A model generated the notes under the pieces. That model saw only the letters and a program-made list of their open reading frames with translations. It searched no databases and was not told where the DNA came from. A DNA stretch of 64,000 nt from Acidimicrobiales bacterium (GTDB taxonomy: Bacteria > Actinomycetota > Acidimicrobiia > Acidimicrobiales > SZUA-35), in assembly GCA_965262175.1 (NCBI GenBank), contig CBDHES010000002.1:2981490-3045489 (forward strand). The letters run 5' to 3'. A program made the position numbers and the translations under genes. Shown here in pieces: positions 54,831 through 63,857 of this stretch (the stretch's first letter is position 1; the number at the start of each line of letters is the position of its first letter).

Positions 54831-55574
54831 GTGGCACCGACGACGTCATATTCACCGGGCCGTGGACTGAGCCGGACGGTGGCGGCGACCCTGGGCGGGC
54901 ATCGACTCCGGGTGACGCCGTGGCACGGCCAGGCGTTCGTCGCCCTGATCGGTCCGGCCAGGACCAACCGGTCACCGTCGCGGACCGACGTCGTGGCCTG
55001 TATCGACGAGCTACGGCGCCGTGGGGTGACGACGATGGTGACGCCAGCCCTCAGCCACTTCGAGGCCGAGCCCTTCTTCCAGGCCGGGTTCCACCTCCAC
55101 GAGCGCCTGCACCTCCTGGCCCGGCCGATCACCGGTCCGCCGCCGGTTGGGGGCCATCGCCTCCGACCCGGCTGGCCGTGGGACCATGGTCGGGTGCTCC
55201 GACTCGACAACGCGGCGTTCGAAGAGTTCTGGCGATTCGACAAGTTCTCGCTGAAGGAGGCCCGCCGGGCCACCCCGACCCACCGATTCCGGGTGGCGAC
55301 GGTGGGTGGTGACGTGGCCGGCTACGCGGTCAGCGGGCGGGCGGGGACCCGGGGCTACCTTCAGCGGCTGGCCGTCGATCCGGCGGCGGCCGGTCGGGGT
55401 CTGGGTACGGCCCTGGTCAACGACAGCATCCGGTGGTTGCACCGGAAGGGCGCGTCGCTGGTGTTGGTCAACACCCAGGAGCGCAACGGTCGGGCCCTGG
55501 AGCTCTACGAGCGCCTGGGGTTCGTCCGCCAGCGGGACGGACTGCTCGTGCTCCGGTGGGACGAGCCTGCGTGA
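54831..55574 (+). CDS. GNAT family N-acetyltransferase
   Basis: LQRLAVDPAAAGRGLGTALV (acetyl-CoA-binding loop) and NGRALELYERLGF. The start is uncertain (GTG 54831, or ORF start 54735). Confidence 0.75.
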   Translation: MAPTTSYSPGRGLSRTVAATLGGHRLRVTPWHGQAFVALIGPARTNRSPSRTDVVACIDELRRRGVTTMVTPALSHFEAEPFFQAGFHLHERLHLLARPITGPPPVGGHRLRPGWPWDHGRVLRLDNAAFEEFWRFDKFSLKEARRATPTHRFRVATVGGDVAGYAVSGRAGTRGYLQRLAVDPAAAGRGLGTALVNDSIRWLHRKGASLVLVNTQERNGRALELYERLGFVRQRDGLLVLRWDEPA

Positions 55575-57739
55575 CGGCCGCCCCCGCCCAGGCTCGGGGC
55601 TTGGCGGCGACCTCGACACGAACGAACCGACGCCGGCCGAGGCCGGCCGCGATCCTCTTGGTTCTGCTGACGGCGGTGTCGATGACCACGATGCCGTCCG
55701 GGGCCCTGGCCGGTCCTGACACCACCCGGGCCCGCCCTTCGCCGTCGACCGTGCAGGTCGATCGGCCGGTACGGCTCGTCGACCAGACGACCTTCGTCGA
55801 GCCGGACGGGGAGCTCGTGGTCTCGATCGACGTCTCGTCGATCGACCTCGGACGATCCTCCGGCACGCCGGCCGAATCGGCCGAAACCGGAGATGGCGAA
55901 GCGCCCGACGACGGGACGGACCAGGGCGAAGAGGTAGGCGGCCCCGAGCCGGTCGACGTGATCGTGACCGTGTTCGGTCGGGTGGTCGTCGCTGAGCAAC
56001 TCGATGTCGAGCCGACCGCTCCCCTCAACCGGCTCCCCCGGCGGAGCATCGGGGAGTACCCGATCGACGACGGAGTCGTCACGATCCGCATGCCGGTGCG
56101 GGCCGGCCCATCACCGGACGGCGATCGGATCCTGCTGCCCGAGGCCGGGGTGTATCCGCTGACGGTCGAGTTCCGTGTCGGCGATGAGGCCGTCGCCGAC
56201 GTGACGTCGTTCTTCGTCCGACTCCCCGAGCCGGCCGTCACCGACGACGGAGCCGGCGACGACGGGACCGGCGACGACGGAGCCGATGCCGGGCCGGACC
56301 CGACCGGGCTCGGGATCGGGCCGGTGGCGGTCGTCCTCGGGCCGGTCGGAGCGTCGGAGATCGAGTCGACGATCGAGACGCTGCTGGCCACCCCCGGTGT
56401 GCCGACCACGGTCGTGCTCGGCCCGACCGGCCTCGACCTCCTGGAGATCGACCGGACGGTGGCCGAGCGGTTTCGGGCGGCGCTCGGATCGACGGCGACC
56501 GTCGTCGCCGTCGGCGAGCCGCCGCTCGACCCGTCGGCGCTGGAGGCGATCGATCGGGTCGATCTGTTCGACGACGCGGCCGGTCGGACCCGGGGTCGGT
56601 TGGAAGCCCTCGAGCTTCCCATCGATGGGACCCTCGCCGCGATCCCCTCGACGCCGACCGGACCGGGGGCGACGGCGTTGCGAGGGCTCGGGGTCGAGAC
56701 GGTGATCGTGACCGGCACCGGGCCGGGGGTCGCCGTCCTGCCGGGGCCGGCGGCCATCGCAACCACCGACGACGACCGACTGACGGTGGTCGGTACCGAT
56801 CCGCGGCTGGCCACGCTGTCGGACGTCGATCCGATCGCTGCGGTCCAACGGTTCGTGGCCCGGCTCGTCGTGGAGCCGGGCCAGCCGACCATCCTCGGCC
56901 CGGCCGGCGAGGCCGACGTCACCGATGCGATGGCGGTGCTGGTCGATGCCCTCATCTCCGGCGGGGTCGAGGTCGTACCGCTCGCTGGCCTCCCGTCGGC
57001 ACCGATCGCGCCCGACGGGGCGGCGCCGATCCCCGAGATCGACCTCGGCCCGGTCAGCGACCAGATCGGGGCGATCACCGACCAGCTCGCCACCTATACC
57101 TCTTTCTATATCGACGGTCCGGACCGTCCCGAGACCTACCGGGCGGCGCTGTTCGCCGCGCTCGCCGTCGACGAGACGGCGGGTGATCGCCGGCGGGCGC
57201 TCGATTCGCTCGCCGAGCAGCTCGACGGCGAGCTGGACGTGATCTCGCTCCCGGGGAACCAGTCGGTGACGCTCGCTGCCCAGTCGGTCCCGATCCCCCT
57301 CACCGTCGCCAGCAGCGCCCCCGGGGCTCGGCAGGTGATGCTGCGGTTCCAGAGCGACCGGGTGGTCGTGGCCCAGGACGGCCAACTCTTCACGATCGAG
57401 CCCGGGACGGCCTCGATCGACATCGACGTCGAGGCCCGCTCGCTCGGTGCGTCGCCGTTGGAGGTGTCGGTGCTCTCCCCCGACGGGCGTGAGGTCCTGG
57501 CCACCACCCAGTTCCAGGTCCGGTCGACGGCGATCCCCGGGCTCGGACTGCTCATATCCGGGGCGGGGCTGGTCCTCCTGGCCAGCTGGTGGTACGTCAG
57601 CATCCGTCGACGGCGGACCCCGCACCCGAGCCGGCGCCGCTCCGCCGCGTCGACGGCCAGGACCGAGGCCGGGCTGAAGGCGAGCGACGATGGCGCATCG
57701 CCCGAACGAGACGATGCGATGGTGGAAGGTACCGTGTAG
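55571..57739 (+). CDS. Large secreted/membrane-anchored protein (DUF6049-like, Rv3909 position)
   Basis: GTG 55571 overlaps the GNAT stop. It has an N-terminal signal/TM segment (AAILLVLLTAVSMTT) and a C-terminal TM (GLGLLISGAGLVLLASWWYV). The family name is inferred from synteny and general features. Confidence 0.55.
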   Translation: MTAAPAQARGLAATSTRTNRRRPRPAAILLVLLTAVSMTTMPSGALAGPDTTRARPSPSTVQVDRPVRLVDQTTFVEPDGELVVSIDVSSIDLGRSSGTPAESAETGDGEAPDDGTDQGEEVGGPEPVDVIVTVFGRVVVAEQLDVEPTAPLNRLPRRSIGEYPIDDGVVTIRMPVRAGPSPDGDRILLPEAGVYPLTVEFRVGDEAVADVTSFFVRLPEPAVTDDGAGDDGTGDDGADAGPDPTGLGIGPVAVVLGPVGASEIESTIETLLATPGVPTTVVLGPTGLDLLEIDRTVAERFRAALGSTATVVAVGEPPLDPSALEAIDRVDLFDDAAGRTRGRLEALELPIDGTLAAIPSTPTGPGATALRGLGVETVIVTGTGPGVAVLPGPAAIATTDDDRLTVVGTDPRLATLSDVDPIAAVQRFVARLVVEPGQPTILGPAGEADVTDAMAVLVDALISGGVEVVPLAGLPSAPIAPDGAAPIPEIDLGPVSDQIGAITDQLATYTSFYIDGPDRPETYRAALFAALAVDETAGDRRRALDSLAEQLDGELDVISLPGNQSVTLAAQSVPIPLTVASSAPGARQVMLRFQSDRVVVAQDGQLFTIEPGTASIDIDVEARSLGASPLEVSVLSPDGREVLATTQFQVRSTAIPGLGLLISGAGLVLLASWWYVSIRRRRTPHPSRRRSAASTARTEAGLKASDDGASPERDDAMVEGTV

Positions 57740-57741
57740 CG

Positions 57742-59514
57742 GTGACCTCGTGGGCGTCGCCTGGTGGGGCGGGTGCGACCGCTGTTGCGGGCATGATGCT
57801 GGGCGGGCGCTATCGGCTCACGTCCCCGATCGCGTCGGGCGGGATGGCTCAGGTCTGGCGGGCCGACGACGTCCTCCTCGATCGGGCGGTGGCGGCCAAG
57901 ATCCTCCACCCCCACCTCGGATCCGATGAGGGGTTCGTGACCCGGTTCCGGCGGGAAGCGGTGGCGGCCGCGTCGCTGGCCCACCCGTCGATCGTGGCCA
58001 TCTACGACACGATCAGCGAGAACGGTCTCGAAGCGATCGTGATGGAGCTCATCGAGGGCCGGACCCTGCGGACGCTGCTCGACGAACAGGGCGCCCTGCC
58101 GGCGGCCGACGTCGCCCACTACGGCTCGCGGATCGCCGCGGCGCTCGACGTCGCCCACCGGGCCGGCATCGTCCACCGAGACATCAAGCCGGCCAACATC
58201 ATGGTCTGCGACGACCGGCGGGTGCTGGTGACCGATTTCGGCATCGCCAAGGCGGTGGACGACATCGACCTGACCCAGACCGGCACGCTGCTCGGCACGG
58301 CCAAGTACCTGGCCCCGGAACAGGTGACCGGCGCCCCGATCGACCCTCGATCCGACCTGTACGCCCTCGGGGTCGTGCTGTTCGAGGCGCTCACCGGCCA
58401 AGTCCCGTTCAAGGCCAACACCGACGCCGCGACCGCGTTGGCCCGGCTGCAGCAGGATCCGCCCCGGGTCCGGTCGCTCCGGCCCAACGTCGCCCCCGGC
58501 CTCGAGGCGATCGTCGACCGCTTGATGGCCCGTGAACCCGCCCACCGCTTCCCCCGGGCCCAGGCGGTCGCCGACGCGCTCCTCGGTCTCGGACCGGCGG
58601 GGAGCAGTCCCCTGACCGCCCCGACCGGTCCGGTCGGCCCCCCGACGGACCCCCCGACCCCACCGCTGAGTGGAGGATCGTCGCCGATCGACGCCGGTCC
58701 CCACCCATCGGTACCCCCGAACGGCGGGTTCCGGCCCTCGACCACCGGGCCGAACACCAGCGGCCTCCCACCGTCGACCACCGGGCCCGTCGTCCCGAGC
58801 GGCCCGACGACCGGCGGGTTTCCACCGCCCACCACCGGACCCATCAACCGACCCGGCCCGACGACCACCGTCGACCACCAGCGGGACGGTGACGATGCGC
58901 TCGACGTCGGAAGTGGGCGGGTGGTCCGTTCCGGGCGCTCCCGGCTGGGTTCGCTGTTCGTCCTCGGCCTCGTGCTGGCCGCCATGGTCGTCGTGGGCGT
59001 CATGCTGACCGACCTCGACGACCGGATGGGCTTCGGGTCTGGAGAGGTGAACCCGCTGGTGGAGGACGGACCGGGCCTGCCCATCGTCGGGGTCACGTCC
59101 TTCGATCCCCAGACCAGCGACGCCGAGAAGGAGGAGAACGAGGCGCTGGCGCCCTTGGCCATCGACGGCGATCCGGAGACGGTCTGGCGGACCGAGAACT
59201 ACCGGCTTCGCCGCTTGAGCGGACTGAAGGACGGGGTCGGCCTGTTGTTGGAGCTCGAGGAGAGCCTGCCCCTGAACCGGATCGAGCTCGACACCAACAC
59301 GACCGATTGGGAGGCCGAGATCTACGTCGGCGAAGCGTTCGCCGACGATGGGAGCGACTGGGGCGAGCCGGCGGCGATCGTCGAGGCGGGGTCGAACCGC
59401 GTGGTGCGGGACCTCGGACGGGTCGAGGGTGTGATCGTCCTGATCTGGATCCGGGACACCGGGATCAGCGGCACGATCAACCGGTTCGAGCTGTCAGAGG
59501 TGATCATCCGCTGA
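57742..59514 (+). CDS. Transmembrane Ser/Thr protein kinase with an extracellular galactose-binding-like (F5/8 type C-like) domain
   Basis: GGMAQVW...AAKIL, HRDIKPANIM, TDFGIAK and YLAPEQ. A Pro/Thr-rich linker is followed by a TM segment (LFVLGLVLAAMVVVGVML) and an extracellular domain (AIDGDPETVWRTENY...). The start is GTG 57742 or ATG 57793. Confidence 0.88.
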   Translation: MTSWASPGGAGATAVAGMMLGGRYRLTSPIASGGMAQVWRADDVLLDRAVAAKILHPHLGSDEGFVTRFRREAVAAASLAHPSIVAIYDTISENGLEAIVMELIEGRTLRTLLDEQGALPAADVAHYGSRIAAALDVAHRAGIVHRDIKPANIMVCDDRRVLVTDFGIAKAVDDIDLTQTGTLLGTAKYLAPEQVTGAPIDPRSDLYALGVVLFEALTGQVPFKANTDAATALARLQQDPPRVRSLRPNVAPGLEAIVDRLMAREPAHRFPRAQAVADALLGLGPAGSSPLTAPTGPVGPPTDPPTPPLSGGSSPIDAGPHPSVPPNGGFRPSTTGPNTSGLPPSTTGPVVPSGPTTGGFPPPTTGPINRPGPTTTVDHQRDGDDALDVGSGRVVRSGRSRLGSLFVLGLVLAAMVVVGVMLTDLDDRMGFGSGEVNPLVEDGPGLPIVGVTSFDPQTSDAEKEENEALAPLAIDGDPETVWRTENYRLRRLSGLKDGVGLLLELEESLPLNRIELDTNTTDWEAEIYVGEAFADDGSDWGEPAAIVEAGSNRVVRDLGRVEGVIVLIWIRDTGISGTINRFELSEVIIR

Positions 59515-59530
59515 CCCCGGTGGCCCCTTC

Positions 59531-60133
59531 GTGGCGGCCCGTCGTCGATCGGGCCCGCTCGGGTTCTATGCTGCGCCCATCGAAGCGACCGATGACGACC
59601 TCGTCGAGCGGGCGAAGGACGGCGATCGGGAGGCGATGAACGATCTCCTCGGCCGCCACTACGACCGCCTGTACTCGATCTGCTACCGGATCGCCGGCGA
59701 CCACGCCGACGCCTCCGACGCCTGCCAGGAGGCGCTGTTGGCGATCGTGCGAGGGCTCGATCGCTTCGACGGTCGATCGACGTTCAAGACCTGGAGCTAT
59801 CGGGTGGCCAGCAACGCCTGCCTCGACGAGCTGCGACGCAAGAAGCGTCGCCCGGTCGCCGTTGCCGACTCGATGGTCGAGAACCGGGCCACCGAACCCG
59901 GCGTCGATCAGCAGGTTGCCGACCGGGTGACGGTGGCCGACGCCCTCCCGGCCCTTCCCGAGGAGTTCCGGGTCCCGGTCGTCCTGCGGGACGTCGCCGG
60001 CTTCGACTATGCCGAGATCGCCGAGGTGCTCGGCGTCCCCCCGGGCACGGTCCGGTCCCGGATCGCCCGCGGTCGTCGGCGATTGTCGGAGCTGGTCGGG
60101 AACCAGGTGCCACCCGGCGGTCGTCAGAGGTGA
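59531..60133 (+). CDS. ECF sigma factor (SigM-like position)
   Basis: Region 2 reads YSICYRIAGDHADASDACQEALLAIVRG. Region 4 reads YAEIAEVLGVPPGTVRSRIARGRRRL. Confidence 0.88.
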   Translation: MAARRRSGPLGFYAAPIEATDDDLVERAKDGDREAMNDLLGRHYDRLYSICYRIAGDHADASDACQEALLAIVRGLDRFDGRSTFKTWSYRVASNACLDELRRKKRRPVAVADSMVENRATEPGVDQQVADRVTVADALPALPEEFRVPVVLRDVAGFDYAEIAEVLGVPPGTVRSRIARGRRRLSELVGNQVPPGGRQR

Positions 60134-60137
60134 TGCG

Positions 60138-61175
60138 ATGATCGACGACTTCGACGAGCTGGCGTCGGCCTACCTGGATGGCCAGACCACGAGCGCCGAG
60201 GCGGATCGGGTGGAGACCGATCCCGACCTCAAGGCTCGGGTCGCAGCCTTCGGCGCGCTGTCCCAGGAACTCGAGCGCGACGTTGCGCCTCCCGATCCGG
60301 CCACGAGGGCCCGCCACCTCGAAGCTGCGCTCGCCGCCTTCGATGCTGCCGAGCCTGGCGGCCCGATGGGCGAGGACTCGGGGACCGACGGTGCACCGAT
60401 CATCGACCGCGGGATGGCCGCACGCCCCACCGGTGCCTCGACCACCGATGAGCCGGCGCCGGCGGAGACGGCACCCGACGTGGTCGACCGAGCGCGGAGC
60501 GGTCGCGGCGGTATGCCCGGTTGGTTCGCCCTGGCGGCCGTCCTCCTGCTGGTCGTCGGCGGTGTGGGGTTCGTCTCCCTGGTCGACACCGGGAGCGACG
60601 ACGAGACGGTGGCCGCACTCGACGAGGACGCGAGCGACGAGGAGGCGACCGACGACCAGGCCGAGGCCGTTCCGTCCGCCTCCGCCGAGAGCGACGCCGC
60701 AGCACCGGTTCCCGATGGGGACGACGCCGAGGCCGACATGGCAGGCGAGTTGGCCGAGAGCGCGGAGGACGCCGATGACGCCGTGGCCCAGGCGCCGGAA
60801 GGAGACGAAGCGGCCACGACCGACGACGCGCTGGACGCCACCGAGGCCGGAGACGATGGTGCCGATGCGGCGAGCGACGGAGACGACGGCGGTGGCCTGT
60901 TCGGAACGGTCGACCCGTTGGAGGAGGCCCGGATCGAGCTGGCCGAGATACCGACTGACGACGAGCTGGCCGATCTGGCCGAGCCCGGTCCGAACCGGGT
61001 CGATCCGGCCTTCTCGAACTGTGCCGAGAGGTCGGATGTGGCCGGCGGGGAGCTCGTGCAGTACGTCGTCCCCGTGGCGGTTGGCAATCGGATCGGGGAG
61101 ATCCTCGCGCTGGGGAGCGGACCTGACCCTGAGCTGGTCCTGGTCGACGAGAACTGTGAGGTCTGGCCGGGCTGA
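60138..61175 (+). CDS. Single-pass anti-sigma factor with a highly acidic extracytoplasmic region
   Basis: N-terminus FDELASAYLDGQTTSAEADRVE (anti-sigma N-terminal helix pattern), TM segment WFALAAVLLLVVGGVGFVSLV, then about 130 aa rich in D/E/A. Confidence 0.65.
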   Translation: MIDDFDELASAYLDGQTTSAEADRVETDPDLKARVAAFGALSQELERDVAPPDPATRARHLEAALAAFDAAEPGGPMGEDSGTDGAPIIDRGMAARPTGASTTDEPAPAETAPDVVDRARSGRGGMPGWFALAAVLLLVVGGVGFVSLVDTGSDDETVAALDEDASDEEATDDQAEAVPSASAESDAAAPVPDGDDAEADMAGELAESAEDADDAVAQAPEGDEAATTDDALDATEAGDDGADAASDGDDGGGLFGTVDPLEEARIELAEIPTDDELADLAEPGPNRVDPAFSNCAERSDVAGGELVQYVVPVAVGNRIGEILALGSGPDPELVLVDENCEVWPG

Positions 61176-61228
61176 GGGCGGTGGTTCGCCCAGAGGCTGC
61201 GACAAGGGCCGACGCTAGGATTTGTCCA

Positions 61229-61585
61229 ATGGCAGACCCCGATCCTCGCGTCGAGAGCTCCACCTTCGTCGGCGGCGTGGCCGACGCTGACGACTGGCCC
61301 TCCCGGGCCTCCGCCACCATCGTCCACTACGTCGGCACGGTGCGAGACAAGACCACCGGCCCGGCCCTGTCGATCTCCCGCAGCGTGGTCTACCTCGCGG
61401 CGGCGGGCCTGATCGGGGTCATCCTCGCCATCCTGGCGCTGATTCTGCTCGTCCGGGTGCTCGTCGCTGCGACGTCGGCCCTTCCCTTCGTCGATCAGGG
61501 TGACCCGTGGCTCGCCTACCTCATCATCGGCGTGCTGTTCCTCGGCGTCGGCGTGTTCCTCTGGCGGAAGAAGGACGCCCGCTAG
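61229..61585 (+). CDS. Two-TM membrane protein (hypothetical)
   Basis: VVYLAAAGLIGVILAILALILLV and WLAYLIIGVLFLGVGVFLW. The start is at MADPDP. Confidence 0.45.
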   Translation: MADPDPRVESSTFVGGVADADDWPSRASATIVHYVGTVRDKTTGPALSISRSVVYLAAAGLIGVILAILALILLVRVLVAATSALPFVDQGDPWLAYLIIGVLFLGVGVFLWRKKDAR

Positions 61586-61654
61586 CGGTTAGATGGAGAG
61601 GGACGAACGCGGCAAGCTGGCCGTTCACGGAGCCCCAGGGAACAGGAGAGTCGC

Positions 61655-62644
61655 ATGGCCGAAGCATCCGGGACGAACGGTCCCCAGGAACACGAGTTGG
61701 TGATCATCGGAAGCGGTCCCGCCGGGTTGACCGCCGCCATCTACGCGGCTCGCGCATCGCTCGAGCCGCTGGTGCTGGAGGGCGAGCCGTCGTCGACCGG
61801 TGATCAGCCGGGCGGACAGCTCATGCTCACCACCGACGTGGAGAACTACCCGGGGTTCCCCCAGGGAATCATGGGCCCCGAGCTGATGATGGGCTTCCGG
61901 GAGCAGGCCGCCCGCTTCGGGGCGAAGATGGAGACGGTGAAGGCCTCGCGGGTCGACCTCGCCGAGCGGCCGTTCAAGGTGTGGGTCGGTGATCCCGACG
62001 CTCCCGAGCCGACGTACCTCGCCAAGTCGCTGATCGTTGCGACCGGGGCCAAGTCGCTGATGCTCGAACTCCCGAACGAGAACCGGCTGATCGGCCATGG
62101 GGTGTCGACCTGCGCCACCTGCGACGGGTTCTTCTTCCGTGACCAGCACATCGCGGTGGTCGGCGGGGGAGACTCGGCGATCGAGGAGGCGACCTTCCTG
62201 ACCAAGTTCGCCGCCACGGTCACGATCATCCACCGCCGCGACGAGCTGCGGGCCTCGAAGATCATGCAGGATCGGGCCTTCGCCAACGAGAAGATCCAGT
62301 TCCTGTGGAACACTGAGGTGATCGAGATCCTCGGTGAGGAGAAGGTCGAGGGTCTGGTCGTGGTCGACAACCAGACCCAGGAGCAGACCAAGCTCGATCA
62401 GATCACCGGGCTGTTCGTGGCGATCGGGCACCGGCCGAACACCGACATCTTCGTCGATCAACTCGAGATGAAGGACAACGGCTACATCGTCACCGCTGCG
62501 CCGTCGACGCGGACCAACGTCGAGGGGGTGTTCGCCTGCGGCGACGTCCAAGACGACGTGTACCGGCAGGCGATCACGTCGGCCGGGTCCGGCTGTGCGG
62601 CGGCGATCGACGCCGAGCGGTGGCTCGAGGCCCAGCACGGTTGA
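61655..62644 (+). CDS. trxB: Thioredoxin-disulfide reductase
   Basis: IIGSGPAGLTAA, redox-active CATCDG, VVGGGDSAIEEA, and GDVQD...YRQAITSAGSG. Confidence 0.95.
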   Translation: MAEASGTNGPQEHELVIIGSGPAGLTAAIYAARASLEPLVLEGEPSSTGDQPGGQLMLTTDVENYPGFPQGIMGPELMMGFREQAARFGAKMETVKASRVDLAERPFKVWVGDPDAPEPTYLAKSLIVATGAKSLMLELPNENRLIGHGVSTCATCDGFFFRDQHIAVVGGGDSAIEEATFLTKFAATVTIIHRRDELRASKIMQDRAFANEKIQFLWNTEVIEILGEEKVEGLVVVDNQTQEQTKLDQITGLFVAIGHRPNTDIFVDQLEMKDNGYIVTAAPSTRTNVEGVFACGDVQDDVYRQAITSAGSGCAAAIDAERWLEAQHG

Positions 62645-62763
62645 ATCGGCCCGGGGGCGGTCCGGTCGACTAGGTTCGCGGTTGGCAGGAATACCGACCG
62701 ACCTGGTCGTGTTTCGATGTTCGAAGTACTCACTCCCACCAAGAGCCAGAGGTAGAGACGAAT

Positions 62764-63084
62764 ATGTCCGACAAAGTAACCACCCTCACCGAGGCGACGT
62801 TCGACGAGGTCATCAACGGCTCCGCTGAGCCCGTGGTCGTCGACTTCTGGGCCGAATGGTGCGGTCCGTGCAAGATGGTCGCCCCGATCCTCGACGAGAT
62901 CGCCGAGGAGCAGGACGGCAAGGTCAAGATCGCGAAGCTCAACGTCGACGAGGTCCCGGCGATCGCCCAGCGCTACGGGGTCATGAGCATCCCGACGATG
63001 CTGGTCTTCCGGGACGGCGAGGTCGATCGTCGTATCGTCGGCGCCAAGGGCAAGGCCCAGCTGGTCGACGAGATGGGTCTCTGA
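62764..63084 (+). CDS. trxA: Thioredoxin
   Basis: VVDFWAEWCGPCKM active site. The protein is 106 aa. Confidence 0.95.
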   Translation: MSDKVTTLTEATFDEVINGSAEPVVVDFWAEWCGPCKMVAPILDEIAEEQDGKVKIAKLNVDEVPAIAQRYGVMSIPTMLVFRDGEVDRRIVGAKGKAQLVDEMGL

Positions 63085-63121
63085 GCCCGGACGACCCGTT
63101 CGACAACCAAGTCCGAGTGTT

Positions 63122-63153
63122 CGGAGGGCGGTGCCACCAGGTACCGCCCTCCG
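63122..63153. terminator. Bidirectional stem-loop between convergent trxA and the RHH-like gene
   Basis: cggagggcggt (63122-63132) pairs perfectly with accgccctccg (63143-63153). The stem can be extended by 3 further pairs around an acca loop. Confidence 0.5.
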
Positions 63154-63296
63154 TCGCGTCTTCGTCCTGCTAGCACCCTCGTCCGGGACCCGTTTCCTAC
63201 CCAGATACACCCGGGATACCCGCGACCATCACCGGCTTCTACCCAATGAGGTGGTGGGCCTGCTCTCCCGGAACGCCGCTCGATGCTGGCCGGACC

Positions 63297-63857
63297 TCAG
63301 GACGCGCTGGCTGCGGCGCTCGGATCAGCCGGGAGCGCCAGGAGCTCCATGGCCAGGATCACCGAGACCGTCTCGGATCGGTTCCAGCCCCGTGCTTCAC
63401 CGAGGCGGGTGATCTGATCGAACTCGGCGTCGGAGATCGACACCCGGAGCCGTGTCCGGCCGCGGGCCGCCATACGGCCGCCGGCGCCGGCATAGATCGC
63501 GTCGCTGTGCTTCCGGTAGCCGGCCATGAGGAGATCGGCGGCGTTGATCCCGGTCCGGTCGACGGCTTCGGCGACGGCATGGGGAACCGACAGTTCTCGC
63601 CGCTTGCGATTGAGGCCGGGGGTGACGGCGCGGCGGGGAGCCACCGGGGCCGCCGGTGGCTCCGGGGCCGGCTGGTCGTCGGCGGTCGGCCGGGACGGTT
63701 CGGTCGGCGGGCGCTCGACAGCGGGAGGAGCGGGATCGAGATCGGGCTCGGTACGGGCCTCGGCGGCACGCCGCCGACGGCGCGACGCTCCTTTGAAGTC
63801 TCGCGGGTCGGCGATCGAGTTCAGCCCTCGGGCATTGCCCAACGTCTTGTCGCTCAT
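63297..63857 (-). CDS. Small DNA-binding-type protein: ParB-like N-terminal peptide, disordered Pro-rich linker and RHH-like C-terminus
   Basis: MSDKTLGNARGLNSIADP N-terminus and a long P/A/E-rich linker. C-terminal RLRVSISDAEFDQITRLGEARGWNRSETVSVILAMELL has a strand-helix-helix pattern. aaggag lies 7 nt upstream of the ATG, and an ATGA overlap links it to the upstream gene. Confidence 0.5.
   Translation of the reverse strand: MSDKTLGNARGLNSIADPRDFKGASRRRRRAAEARTEPDLDPAPPAVERPPTEPSRPTADDQPAPEPPAAPVAPRRAVTPGLNRKRRELSVPHAVAEAVDRTGINAADLLMAGYRKHSDAIYAGAGGRMAARGRTRLRVSISDAEFDQITRLGEARGWNRSETVSVILAMELLALPADPSAAASAS

Noticed and set aside
57589-57741. An N-terminal extension of the kinase ORF that might hide a MurJ/MviN-type domain.
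   Set aside because: The extension is only 51 codons, is Arg-rich, and lies entirely inside the 3-prime end of the preceding DUF6049-like gene in another frame. No polytopic membrane domain is encoded.
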